Notes: a model not told the origin generated them from the sequence alone. 64,000 nt of DNA from Candidatus Cloacimonadales bacterium (GCA_963678315.1 OY782781.1:320001-384000), one strand, 5' to 3'. Positions 31,349 through 41,175 are shown, counted from the stretch's first letter. Program-made: numbers and translations.

Positions 31349-32134
31349 ATGAAAATGCTTATTGAGATATTACTGATTATTGGGCTAATGCTTTTACTAA
31401 TCGGATGTTCTGGTGATGATGACGAAAGTGTTGATAAAGTACCACCAACTAAACCTGTTCTTATTCCTCATCTGGGAGATACCGGTGATGGAACAATTAC
31501 ATATAACGATGAGACCTTAATACTTAATGATGCAAATAATGGAATTGATGCTGAAAGTGTTAACAATGGCATTAGATTAATGTGGGAACCATTGATTTTT
31601 GACAATGATCTTGAACGTATAACAATATATAGATTCATGAACTCAAATACTGATGATATTGTTCTAGTAGATTATGTTACTGCTGAGGAAGTTGAATATA
31701 CTGATGACACAATCAACAACGACCTTGTTTTTGATAACCTATTTTCCTATTACATAGAGGTGGCAGACCAAGCAGGTAATTCTACTTTTTCAGATACCGT
31801 CAGCTACAAACTTATGTATAAGCCAATATTAAATTATCCAGACAATGGAACTATTGTTAACGATGATTTGGCTAGTGAAGAAGGATTAAAATTTTTGTTC
31901 TATTCAACAGAGCAAGTAGATAAATTTAGAGTTCTATTATTCAATGAAAATAGTGAATTAATTTGGATTGATAATGTTAATGTTGATGCCGAAGATTTAG
32001 TTTCAAACTATGATGGAGGAAGCCTTAGTCCGGGGAGCTATTCTTGGCGAGTAGACGCTTTTAGATACGACAATGAGCTTGAATTCTATTATGGGTCTGA
32101 ATCCTATACTTCAACCATCATTGTTTCAGATTAA
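31349..32134 (+). CDS. acidic lipoprotein with FN3/Ig-like domains
   Basis: Lipobox LLIGC; beta-rich YYIEVAD and YSWRVDA segments. Confidence 0.7.
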   Translation: MKMLIEILLIIGLMLLLIGCSGDDDESVDKVPPTKPVLIPHLGDTGDGTITYNDETLILNDANNGIDAESVNNGIRLMWEPLIFDNDLERITIYRFMNSNTDDIVLVDYVTAEEVEYTDDTINNDLVFDNLFSYYIEVADQAGNSTFSDTVSYKLMYKPILNYPDNGTIVNDDLASEEGLKFLFYSTEQVDKFRVLLFNENSELIWIDNVNVDAEDLVSNYDGGSLSPGSYSWRVDAFRYDNELEFYYGSESYTSTIIVSD

Positions 32135-32197
32135 TTTAAAATCTTGACGTAATTAGAAAATATTAAAATTATGATAAAAACATATAAAGGGGCCCAT

Positions 32198-32674
32198 GTG
32201 AGAAAATATTTGTTAATAATGATATTATTAATTATTGCTACTTTGTCTATGGCACAAGATGTACCATCAGGTATCAATAATGCTTCAGCATATTCTTTTT
32301 CTGGTGCTGGTGAAGATCAGGAACAGCTAAAGATAAATGCCTATATCTGGGGAGAAGTTAAAAAACCAGGACTATACATTGTTCCTGATAACACTGACAT
32401 ACTAACTCTTTTAGCTTTGGCTGGTGGACCTACTGACGATGCAAGACTACAAGATGTTAGGATTGTTAGGTCTTACGGTTCTCAAGAAGAAACCATTGCT
32501 GTAGATTTAGAATCATACCTTGAAACTGGAGACAGAGATTATAATTATTCTCTAAAACCAGGAGATACTGTAATTGTTAGGGGAACATTTTACCGTAAAT
32601 TTAAAGATTTTGTAACTTTTATGTCTGAGATAGGTATAATTTTATCAGTCTATCTGACAATATTAAACCTGTAA
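32198..32674 (+). CDS. SLBB-domain protein (Wza/polysaccharide export-like, periplasmic domain only)
   Basis: IWGEVKKPGLY, LALAGG, LKPGDTVIV; probable GTG start at 32198 (ORF track starts at 32171). Confidence 0.8.
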   Translation: MRKYLLIMILLIIATLSMAQDVPSGINNASAYSFSGAGEDQEQLKINAYIWGEVKKPGLYIVPDNTDILTLLALAGGPTDDARLQDVRIVRSYGSQEETIAVDLESYLETGDRDYNYSLKPGDTVIVRGTFYRKFKDFVTFMSEIGIILSVYLTILNL

Positions 32675-32684
32675 GTGAGGGATA

Positions 32685-35192
32685 ATGAGCGATAATCATA
32701 ATAATGAACATAAAAATATATTTGAAGACGAAATTAAAATATCGGATTATTTAGCAATAATATATCGATTTAAGTACCTAGTTTTTGCAATATTTATTGT
32801 AGTAGCTATAGGTGCTTACTATTACACATCAAAACAACCCCTTATCTATGCATCTTCTGGTAAAATTTTATTAGAAAGTCAAAGTAAAAGCTCAGATTTA
32901 TTGTTTATGGGTGGCATGGGAAATGATAAGACTGATTTAAATAACAATATTCAGATTATGCAGTCAAGTGCAATTATGCTCGAAACTGCTAAGAAACTTG
33001 TCCAGTCTGAGAATTTTACAAGTTTCTCATTGCCTGAAACAAATTTGGCTAAATCAAATCCTAACTATCAAAGATATGTTAAGTCAATTTCAGGTGAAAT
33101 TAGAGGCAAATACAAAATTGAATCAATTAGGGATACTGATGTTTTAACTATAGGGTATGAATCAGAATCTCCTAATGAGTGTTCTGAAGCTATTAATGCC
33201 CTTCAACTAGCTTTTCAAGAAGAAACAACTCGCTATGCTAGATTAGAATATACTCAAATTAGAGAATTCTTAGAAGATAGAGTAAAAGAAACTAAAACTT
33301 ACCTTGATGATGCAGAACAACAGTTAAGAGATTTCAAGAAGGAAAATCAGATTTCTGAGTTATCTCCTGTATCAGAAAAACTAGTAGACCAAGCCAGTAC
33401 TTTTGAAGCTGATCTTCATACCGCTATGACAGACTCACTTCTTAAATATACTGAAATTAACATCATTAAAAAGAAGATAACTAATCAAAATATAATATTA
33501 AATGACCTATATATTAAAGACCGTGATTTAACTAAAAGATTAGAAGACAAGGCTAAAGATAAACAAAAATTATCTGATGATGAGTTAGCTATAGTAGACA
33601 CTTTAGAGTCAGACATACTCGCTGATCAAATCGATGAAGATTATTTTTTAACCCAAGAAGAGGAAAAAGAAGAAGATGTTGAGGCTATAGCTTCAATTGA
33701 TAATATATTAAACAATGGACTTATTCAACAATTGATGGCTGAGATTGTTGAAAAAGAACGATTCATTATTAAGTTAACTTCAAAAAGCAATTACAATAGT
33801 GAACATCCTGAGCTTACTAAGCAAAATGAAGAGCTTTCAAACTTAAAAAGAGAATTGAAAGATAAGATTTCAGAAACAGTGCAAGTTAACACACTACAAG
33901 ATCCTTTCTCATACAGATCTAAATTAATCGAGAAATTAGCTAATGTAGAAAGTGAATATGAAATAGTTTCTTCAAGACTTATTGGTTTAAGAGAAACAGT
34001 AGAGTATTATTCAGGTGAAATTAGTCAACTTCCAGACCAAGAACTTGAGCTATCAAAACTCACTAGAGATAAGATGTTTAATGAGAAGATACATACACTT
34101 ATTACTGAAAGGTATGAAGATGCTAAGATTGCTGAAATTTCTCAGTTAGGTAATGTTAGAATACTTGAAACTGCAGGTATTCCAAGAATACCAATTAAAC
34201 CTAAGAAAATGATGAACTATCTTATTGGTGTAATTTTAGGACTAGGTATAGGTATTGGTGCTGCATTTTTAGCTCATTCTATGGATACCAAATTAAGAAC
34301 TGTTGATGATATTGAAAACTTTGTTAAATCTCCAATCGTTGGAACAATTCCATTTATTGAGCTACCTGTATCTGAGTTAGATGAGTTAAGTAAAATGATT
34401 CAAGAAGCTTCCCCAGAACGGAAAAAGAAGTTGCAAAGATCATTCAGTCATATTAATGGCCAATTAATTTCTCATTACTCTCCTAAATCACCTGTTGCAG
34501 AAGCCTATAGATCATTAAGAACAAATATTATTGCCAATAAAGATGCTGGACCAATATCATTTTTGATTACATCTTCAAGTCCTAAAGAAGGTAAATCAAC
34601 AACAGTTTCAAACACAGCAATCACTCTAGCTCAAATGAACAGTCGTGTTGTTGTTGTGGACATTGATATGAGACGTCCAACTGTGCATACTAAGTTTGGA
34701 ATTGACAAAGAGAATGGTGCTAGTGATTATCTAATTGATGACACTTTAATCTTGAAAGATGTTATAAAACCTTCTGGTATACCAAATTTAGATGTAATTA
34801 CTTCTGGATTCATTCCACCTAATCCTTCTGAGCTTCTTGCTTCACAAAGAATGGATGAGTTCTTAACAAAATTAAAAGAAAACTATGATTATGTTATCTT
34901 TGATACTCCACCTATTATTGCGGTTACAGATGCTATTATCATGGCTAAGAAAGTAGATAAAGTATTTGTAGTTATGAGAGTGTCACATACAGAAAAAGCG
35001 ATTCTAAATCGTGCTAAAGAAATTCTTGATAACGTTGACAAGCAAATTGATGGTTTTGTTGTTAATGGTATTAAGGTTCAAAAATACTATAGTAGACATA
35101 AGTATTACTATTATTACTATTATTATTACTATGGAGAAGAAAATAAAAACAAGAAAAGAAGAAATCGTTTCAGTTTCTTACGCAAAAATTAA
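32685..35192 (+). CDS. wzc: polysaccharide co-polymerase / tyrosine autokinase (Wzc-like)
   Basis: Wzz-like N-terminus, PIKPKK, EAYRSLRTN, Walker A PKEGKST, DIDMRRP, DTPP, C-terminal Tyr cluster. Confidence 0.92.
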   Translation: MSDNHNNEHKNIFEDEIKISDYLAIIYRFKYLVFAIFIVVAIGAYYYTSKQPLIYASSGKILLESQSKSSDLLFMGGMGNDKTDLNNNIQIMQSSAIMLETAKKLVQSENFTSFSLPETNLAKSNPNYQRYVKSISGEIRGKYKIESIRDTDVLTIGYESESPNECSEAINALQLAFQEETTRYARLEYTQIREFLEDRVKETKTYLDDAEQQLRDFKKENQISELSPVSEKLVDQASTFEADLHTAMTDSLLKYTEINIIKKKITNQNIILNDLYIKDRDLTKRLEDKAKDKQKLSDDELAIVDTLESDILADQIDEDYFLTQEEEKEEDVEAIASIDNILNNGLIQQLMAEIVEKERFIIKLTSKSNYNSEHPELTKQNEELSNLKRELKDKISETVQVNTLQDPFSYRSKLIEKLANVESEYEIVSSRLIGLRETVEYYSGEISQLPDQELELSKLTRDKMFNEKIHTLITERYEDAKIAEISQLGNVRILETAGIPRIPIKPKKMMNYLIGVILGLGIGIGAAFLAHSMDTKLRTVDDIENFVKSPIVGTIPFIELPVSELDELSKMIQEASPERKKKLQRSFSHINGQLISHYSPKSPVAEAYRSLRTNIIANKDAGPISFLITSSSPKEGKSTTVSNTAITLAQMNSRVVVVDIDMRRPTVHTKFGIDKENGASDYLIDDTLILKDVIKPSGIPNLDVITSGFIPPNPSELLASQRMDEFLTKLKENYDYVIFDTPPIIAVTDAIIMAKKVDKVFVVMRVSHTEKAILNRAKEILDNVDKQIDGFVVNGIKVQKYYSRHKYYYYYYYYYYGEENKNKKRRNRFSFLRKN

Positions 35193-35979
35193 CTTAATAT
35201 TAAATGTTGTTTCGAAACTTGATAACGGTTATAATGAACTCAAAACCATATTTACTACTATTGATTTAAAGGATAACGTAAAATATTCTTTGACAAAAAG
35301 TAATGATATTGAAGTTTTGTCAAATATATCAGAACTGTGTGGACAAGCTAATCTTGTTCACACAGTTGCTACATATTTGAAAAATAGATATTGTGTTAAG
35401 AACAGTGCTAAAATTTATATTGAGAAGAACATTCCTTTATCCGCTGGATTAGGGGGTGGTTCGAGTAATGCAGCTAACGCTATAATCGAGTTGGATAAAC
35501 TTTGGAATCTCAATTTAAGTTTTGAAGAAATGAACAGTATTGCTTCCAAGTTTGGAAGTGATATTAACTTTTTTTTATCAGGTCATAGTGCAGTTGGCTT
35601 ACATAGGGGCGAAATTATTGAACCTATAGAACCATTACACATTGACAACATCTTACTAGTTAAACCAACTTTAGGGATATCGAGTAAAGAAGCTTATGAT
35701 CTTATAAAAGAAAGAAAATTGAATACGGATTTTGACGTATTTATTAAGACATTGGATTATAGTCTATTATTCAATGATTTACAAGTTGGTATTTCAAACA
35801 AGTACAAAATTATTAAAGAAATAGTTGAAGGAATCAATTCATTTGGTGCAATCAAAGCTCAAATGTCAGGTTCAGGTTCTACATGTTTTGGTATTTTTGA
35901 AAATAAGGAAACATTAGTTAGGGCTTTTAACTATTTTAAAGAACAAGGATATTGGGTAAAAATAACAAAAACAATATAA
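35131..35979 (+). CDS. ispE: 4-diphosphocytidyl-2-C-methyl-D-erythritol kinase
   Basis: AKINL, KNIPLSAGLGGGSSNAA, GSDI, MSGSGST; the last in-frame ATG before AKINL is 35131. Confidence 0.92.
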   Translation: MEKKIKTRKEEIVSVSYAKINLILNVVSKLDNGYNELKTIFTTIDLKDNVKYSLTKSNDIEVLSNISELCGQANLVHTVATYLKNRYCVKNSAKIYIEKNIPLSAGLGGGSSNAANAIIELDKLWNLNLSFEEMNSIASKFGSDINFFLSGHSAVGLHRGEIIEPIEPLHIDNILLVKPTLGISSKEAYDLIKERKLNTDFDVFIKTLDYSLLFNDLQVGISNKYKIIKEIVEGINSFGAIKAQMSGSGSTCFGIFENKETLVRAFNYFKEQGYWVKITKTI

Positions 35980-35991
35980 ATAGGAAGTAAG

Positions 35992-36939
35992 ATGTTTTCA
36001 AGATTAAAGATTTTCTCAGGGAATGCTAATCTTCCATTGGCTAGAGAAGTTGCTGAACATGCCGGTATACCTCTAGGTGATGTTGATGTTTTTAAATTTG
36101 CAAATGATGAAACTTTTGTGAAGATTAACGATAACGTTAGAGGAACAGATGTTTTTTTAATTCAACCAACTTGTTACCCAGTCAACGACAATTTAGTTGA
36201 ACTTTTAGTTATGATTGATGCTTTCAAAAGAGCATCTGCTCAAAGAATAACTTGTGTTATACCTTACTATGGGTATGCAAGATCTGATAAAAAAGATCAA
36301 CCTAGAGTTCCTGTTACTGCTAAACTAGTTGCAGATTTGCTAACTGTTGCCGGTGCAGATAGAATTGTTACTGTTGATTTACATGCAGACCAAATCCAAG
36401 GATTTTTTAATATCCCAGTTGACCATTTATTCTCAATGACTACTTTTGCAAGATATTTTCAAAGTGTAGTTAGCAATGAAGAATTAGTAGTTGTATCTCC
36501 CGATTCAGGTGGTGCCAATAGAGCTAGATCTTTTTCTCAGAGACTTAAATGTGATTTAGCGATCGGAGATAAAAGAAGAAGTGGAAATGATGATGCTGCA
36601 GAATTACATAATATTATCGGAAATGTAGAAGGTAAAACTGCTATTCTCTTTGACGATATAATTGATACTGGTGGAAGCTTGACTAAAGTAGCTCATGCAC
36701 TAAAAGAAAATGGTGCTAAAAGAATCTTTGCTGCTTGTGCTCATGGAATTTTATCTGGTCCTGCTATTGAAAGACTAGAGGATTCTCCTATTGAGAAGCT
36801 GTTTATCACAAATACAGTACCACTTAATGAAGAAAAACAGAAATGTACAAAAATTGTACAACTTTCAATAGCCGAGATGTTGGCTATTGCAATAAAGAAA
36901 ATTCATATTGAAGAATCATTAAGTATTCTTTTTAGATAG
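35992..36939 (+). CDS. prs: ribose-phosphate pyrophosphokinase
   Basis: PYYGYARSDKK, VDLHADQIQGFF, DDIIDTGG. Confidence 0.97.
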   Translation: MFSRLKIFSGNANLPLAREVAEHAGIPLGDVDVFKFANDETFVKINDNVRGTDVFLIQPTCYPVNDNLVELLVMIDAFKRASAQRITCVIPYYGYARSDKKDQPRVPVTAKLVADLLTVAGADRIVTVDLHADQIQGFFNIPVDHLFSMTTFARYFQSVVSNEELVVVSPDSGGANRARSFSQRLKCDLAIGDKRRSGNDDAAELHNIIGNVEGKTAILFDDIIDTGGSLTKVAHALKENGAKRIFAACAHGILSGPAIERLEDSPIEKLFITNTVPLNEEKQKCTKIVQLSIAEMLAIAIKKIHIEESLSILFR

Positions 36940-36958
36940 AAACGAATGTGGAGGAAAA

Positions 36959-37561
36959 ATGGTTATTAAAATTGAAGCTGAAAAAAGAGCTTTAGGAAAG
37001 AAATCAGACCGTAAAAATCTCAGAAAAAGTATGAAAATACTTGCTGTGATTTACGGACAAGGTAAAGTTGGAACTAACATCCAACTTGATGCTCCTGATT
37101 TCATGAAAGCTTACAAAAAAAGCATTGGCGAACTTGCAATATTTAATGTTAACGTAGATGGTGAAGAACATCGTTGTATCATTAAAGATAAACAAGTTCA
37201 TCCAGTAAGAAGAGACTTTTTACACGTTGACTTTTTAGAGCTCAATCCTGGCCATGAAGTAACTCTCTCACTTCCTATCAAATTCGTTGGTGAACCAGAA
37301 AGTTTAAAACTCGGTGGTGTATTAGATATCATCCAAAGAGAATTAACTATTTCTTGTTTACCAAAAGACATCCCAGAAGATGTTGAACTTGATATTTCTA
37401 ATCTTGAAATTAACGAAGCTTTACACGTTAGTGATGTTACTATCCCTAATGTTAGTATCAAAGATGCTGACGACATAGCTCTTGTTATTATTCACGAAAA
37501 GAAAGCTGAAGTAGAAGAGACTGCAGAAGGCGAAGAAGCTGAAGAGACACCTGCTGTTTAA
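36959..37561 (+). CDS. rplY: 50S ribosomal protein L25/Ctc
   Basis: AVIYG, QVHPV..FLHVDF, long Ctc form, position between prs and pth. Confidence 0.94.
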   Translation: MVIKIEAEKRALGKKSDRKNLRKSMKILAVIYGQGKVGTNIQLDAPDFMKAYKKSIGELAIFNVNVDGEEHRCIIKDKQVHPVRRDFLHVDFLELNPGHEVTLSLPIKFVGEPESLKLGGVLDIIQRELTISCLPKDIPEDVELDISNLEINEALHVSDVTIPNVSIKDADDIALVIIHEKKAEVEETAEGEEAEETPAV

Positions 37562-37564
37562 ACA

Positions 37565-38140
37565 ATGAAACTTGTAGTTGGTTTAGGGAATATTGGCTCT
37601 AAATATGCTAATACCCGGCACAATATAGGATTTATTGCTTTAGACTATTTTGCAGAGAAGTATTTCTTAGATTTTAACAAAGAAAAGAATTATTTCTATG
37701 CTAAGCACGATAATGCTATTCTAATAAAACCTCGGACTTACATGAATCTTAGTGGTATTGCAGTTCAATCTGCATTAACTAAATTTAGAAACATTACTGA
37801 TATTTTGGTATTAGTTGATGATTTAGATTTACCATTTGGAAGAATTCGAATTAGGAAGTCAGGAGGAACCGGTGGACATAATGGACTTAAGTCTATCGCA
37901 AATTCATTAGGAAGCAACGAGTATGGACGAATTAGGATTGGAATTGGAAGACCTAATTCAGATGAAGTAAAACAGTTCGTTCTGGCAAAATTTAGCCAAG
38001 ATGAACGCATTAAACTTTCCGACGTGAAAGATTATTTAAAAGATTTAATTGATATCTATATTGATAAAGATGTGAACAATCTTTTAAATTTTAATAGCGC
38101 AAATAATGTGACCTATTCCGAGAAAATCGGGATCAACTGA
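37565..38140 (+). CDS. pth: peptidyl-tRNA hydrolase
   Basis: VGLGN..YANTRHNIGF, YMNLSG, GGHNGLKS. Confidence 0.96.
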   Translation: MKLVVGLGNIGSKYANTRHNIGFIALDYFAEKYFLDFNKEKNYFYAKHDNAILIKPRTYMNLSGIAVQSALTKFRNITDILVLVDDLDLPFGRIRIRKSGGTGGHNGLKSIANSLGSNEYGRIRIGIGRPNSDEVKQFVLAKFSQDERIKLSDVKDYLKDLIDIYIDKDVNNLLNFNSANNVTYSEKIGIN

Positions 38141-38156
38141 CCATAGGGAGGAATAA
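38111..38156 (+). promoter_or_regulatory. probable S6:S18 ribosomal-protein leader
   Basis: CCTAT/ATAGG outer stem, TCCGA/TCGGG inner stem and unpaired CC next to the GGAGG RBS of rpsF. Confidence 0.5.
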
Positions 38157-38444
38157 ATGGTTAGAAAGTACGAAAGTATGATTATTCTTAACGCTAAACT
38201 GTCACCAGATGTTATTAAAGAAGAGCTAGCAAAAGTAGCAAAAATAATTACTGACAATGGTGGTGAAATTGTTGAGACTGATGATATGGGTAAGAGAGTT
38301 CTTGCTTATCCTATTCAAAAACTCACTGAAGGATATTATTACATTAATTACTTTAGAATGGATACTGACAAAGTTAAAGTTCTTGAAGATAATTATCGCA
38401 TTGATGAAAATATAATCCGTCATAACCTAATTGTTTTAGATTAG
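38157..38444 (+). CDS. rpsF: 30S ribosomal protein S6
   Basis: RKYESMIIL, GKRVLAYPIQK. Confidence 0.96.
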   Translation: MVRKYESMIILNAKLSPDVIKEELAKVAKIITDNGGEIVETDDMGKRVLAYPIQKLTEGYYYINYFRMDTDKVKVLEDNYRIDENIIRHNLIVLD

Positions 38445-38452
38445 GAGTTATC

Positions 38453-38935
38453 ATGGATTTGAAATTCCCAAGACTGAATAGACTTGTAGTTTCAGGTAGA
38501 TTAACCAGAGATGGTGAAATTAGATATCTACCAAGCGGTAGAGCTGTATTTAATTGCAGTATAGCTATCGATGATGGATATTGGGATAAACAATCAAATC
38601 AATGGGTAAGCCAACCGGTTTACATGGATGTAACCGTTTGGGGACCTCAAGGCGAAAAAATTGGCAATGTCATTAAAAAAGGAAGCCCTGTTATTGTTGA
38701 AGGTAGTATAAGACAACGAGCTTACACTACTCAAGATGGGCAAAATAGAAGAATTACAGAAATTAATGCTGATAAAATTCATAGTTTAGAACAAAACAGA
38801 ATGGATGATAACTATAATTCAGGTAATAATGGAGGCTATAATAATGCTCCTCAAAATAATTATCAGAATAACCAAACAAACACTTCTGAGAAAAGACCTG
38901 AACCTGACTTCATTAATGATGATGTTCCATTCTAA
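38453..38935 (+). CDS. ssb: single-stranded DNA-binding protein
   Basis: GRLTRD OB-fold and C-terminal DDVPF. Confidence 0.96.
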   Translation: MDLKFPRLNRLVVSGRLTRDGEIRYLPSGRAVFNCSIAIDDGYWDKQSNQWVSQPVYMDVTVWGPQGEKIGNVIKKGSPVIVEGSIRQRAYTTQDGQNRRITEINADKIHSLEQNRMDDNYNSGNNGGYNNAPQNNYQNNQTNTSEKRPEPDFINDDVPF

Positions 38936-38949
38936 ACAAAGGAGAAAAC

Positions 38950-39183
38950 ATGCTTTACGATAAAAAAAGAAGATATGGCAAAAGAAAATATTGCAGATTC
39001 TGCAAGAATAAAGATATTGAAATTAATTATAAAAACACTGATGTAATTAAACAGTTCATTTCAGATGTTGGCAAAATTGAACCAGCTCGTTTAACAGGAA
39101 CTTGTGCTAAACATCAAAGAAAACTTACAACCGAAATCAAGAAAGCACGTCATATGGCTCTATTGCCATACATTGCTGAATAA
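38950..39183 (+). CDS. rpsR: 30S ribosomal protein S18 (Zn-binding form)
   Basis: CRFC, TGTCAKHQR, ARHMALLPY. Confidence 0.97.
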   Translation: MLYDKKRRYGKRKYCRFCKNKDIEINYKNTDVIKQFISDVGKIEPARLTGTCAKHQRKLTTEIKKARHMALLPYIAE

Positions 39184-39185
39184 GA

Positions 39186-40022
39186 GTGTTATTAACTTTA
39201 ATTTCTAGTGTTATAACACTTATTTCCCCTTTTTGGGGTATGATCTTTTTTACAGTTAATATATGTGATTTATTAAGAAAAGAAACTAAACAAGTTAACT
39301 TGCATATACTAGCTTTTTCAGTACTGAGTTTAGTATTAACTTTTGTACTAGGAGCTGAGTTAGTTAAGTTTGCTGATTCTTTCCTAGGAGTTGGGATTGC
39401 TTTATTCCTATTTTCTAACCTTTATTTTAAAATAGGATTTAGCAAATCAATTGGTATTTTTGCTATTTATGAATTCTGTTATGGATTAGCAAGAAAGTTT
39501 GTCTTTATTGAATACTTTGAAAAGATGTTTAATATGGAGAACTTTGAAGCAATCTTTACAAAAGAAATTTATAGTGATTATCCCAACTTCGCTCAAGAAT
39601 TCACCAATATTTCTAATATTTATTTAGATAATATGGTTGCAATTTGGACTTTGCCAATAATTTTTGCTTTCTTTGGGGGAGTACTTATTGGTAAAAAGAA
39701 CCCTCTAGTTAAGATACAGAGTATAGCTTTTAAGATACCAGATTTTGTGGTATATTTATTAATGATAGCGATGGGTTTAGCAATATTCCCAGAAACTAGA
39801 TTTGTTGGATTACCATTAACTCTAACAATAGCTCTCTTGCTGTCAATTCAGGGTTTTCCAATTGTTTGGTTTTGGCTCTTACGTTCAACATATAAAAATA
39901 CTTTATTAAGAACATTAACCTATTTAATTATATTTATTAATTTCCATGTTTTTGTGGCTATAAGTACAATAATTGGCTTAATAGATATATGGTTTAACTT
40001 GAAAAATGGAGTACAGAAATGA
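39186..40022 (+). CDS. YybS/DUF2232-like membrane protein
   Basis: Multi-TM, C-terminal IGLIDIWFN, position between rpsR and rplI. Confidence 0.7.
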   Translation: MLLTLISSVITLISPFWGMIFFTVNICDLLRKETKQVNLHILAFSVLSLVLTFVLGAELVKFADSFLGVGIALFLFSNLYFKIGFSKSIGIFAIYEFCYGLARKFVFIEYFEKMFNMENFEAIFTKEIYSDYPNFAQEFTNISNIYLDNMVAIWTLPIIFAFFGGVLIGKKNPLVKIQSIAFKIPDFVVYLLMIAMGLAIFPETRFVGLPLTLTIALLLSIQGFPIVWFWLLRSTYKNTLLRTLTYLIIFINFHVFVAISTIIGLIDIWFNLKNGVQK

Positions 40023-40462
40023 AAATATTATTAATTACAGATGTAAAAGATTTAGGTATGGCTGGAGACGTAGTTGTTGTAAAAGATGGTTATGCTCGTA
40101 ATTATCTTTTACCTAAAAACTATGCTGTAATGGCTACAAATGATGCATTAAAGAAGATAGAAACTATAAAAGCTGATGCTGAAAAAATTAGAAATGCTAA
40201 GATTGAAGAATATAAAGCAACTATTAACAAATTAAACAATGTTGCATTAACATTTGTTAGAAAAGCAGATGAAAATGACAGTTTATATGGTTCAGTAACA
40301 GATTTTGATATTGTTAATGCTCTTGCAGAACAAGGTATTAACATAAATAAAAATAACTTAGTAATTGGTCACAGTATTAAAGACTTAGGTGATACTGAAG
40401 TTAATGTTGACTTCGGATCAGATTTAACAGCTACTGTTAAAATTTCAGTAGTAAAAGAATAG
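40019..40462 (+). CDS. rplI: 50S ribosomal protein L9
   Basis: VKDGYARNYLLP, LYGSV. Confidence 0.97.
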   Translation: MKILLITDVKDLGMAGDVVVVKDGYARNYLLPKNYAVMATNDALKKIETIKADAEKIRNAKIEEYKATINKLNNVALTFVRKADENDSLYGSVTDFDIVNALAEQGININKNNLVIGHSIKDLGDTEVNVDFGSDLTATVKISVVKE

Positions 40463-40478
40463 ATATAGGAGATTCCCT

Positions 40479-40865
40479 ATGGCTAACAAAATGGTTCTCA
40501 AAATAGTTGGTTTTTTAATGATTGTATTTAGTATATTTATACCTTCTTACATCATGAAAAACTTTGACTTTAGAAATTTACTAAGCTACGAGCATACTTT
40601 CTCGGGTTCTTTGCTATTAACTCTTGTAACACTTTTATTAGTTGTTGTAGGTTTTGTAGCATATTACCTAATCAATATCAAAAAAAATACAGGTCTAAAA
40701 GTTGTCGGATACATTATGATTTTTGCAATAGCTTTTACTCCTGCTTTACTGATGATTCCTTATGATAAAAGCTCAAATGCTCTGGGAACCGCATATTTAA
40801 CCTTGGTAGCAGTATCTGTTCTTTCTTGGGCTGGTTTTAGTGTTGCCTTAAAAAAACGTGACTAA
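40479..40865 (+). CDS. 4-TM hypothetical membrane protein
   Basis: AGGAG RBS, four hydrophobic segments, in operon. Confidence 0.7.
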   Translation: MANKMVLKIVGFLMIVFSIFIPSYIMKNFDFRNLLSYEHTFSGSLLLTLVTLLLVVVGFVAYYLINIKKNTGLKVVGYIMIFAIAFTPALLMIPYDKSSNALGTAYLTLVAVSVLSWAGFSVALKKRD

Positions 40866-41175
40866 TTCTTTCAATAGAATAAAAAATAATATCTCATCTG
40901 TTATTTTTAAAATAGGTGGGAAAAAATATCACGATTTAATAGTAATTGCTCTGTCATGGAAGGACGTTGTTGGTCCCATAATGGCAGAGCATTCTTTTGT
41001 TGTTAAATATGTTAATTATACTCTATATGTGGGTGTTTCTCAAAGTGTATGGTTACAAGAATTTGTTTTAAATAAGCAAAGGTTGCTTAATGATTTAAAT
41101 AATGCTGTTAAAAAAGATTTATCAGCAGAAATTAAGAATATTATATTTATTTTAAGAGAGAAAAAAAATGACTAA
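40858..41175 (+). CDS. DUF721/DciA-family protein
   Basis: WKDVVGP.MAEH, LYVGVSQSVWLQE. Confidence 0.8.
   Translation: MTNSFNRIKNNISSVIFKIGGKKYHDLIVIALSWKDVVGPIMAEHSFVVKYVNYTLYVGVSQSVWLQEFVLNKQRLLNDLNNAVKKDLSAEIKNIIFILREKKND

Noticed and set aside
35011..35130. N-terminal extension of IspE in the ORF track
   Set aside because: It is the alternate frame of the wzc 3' end (the ITIITIII stretch is the Tyr tract); the real start is more likely 35131
35980..35991. tRNA-Gln often found between ispE and prs
   Set aside because: The spacer is only 12 nt
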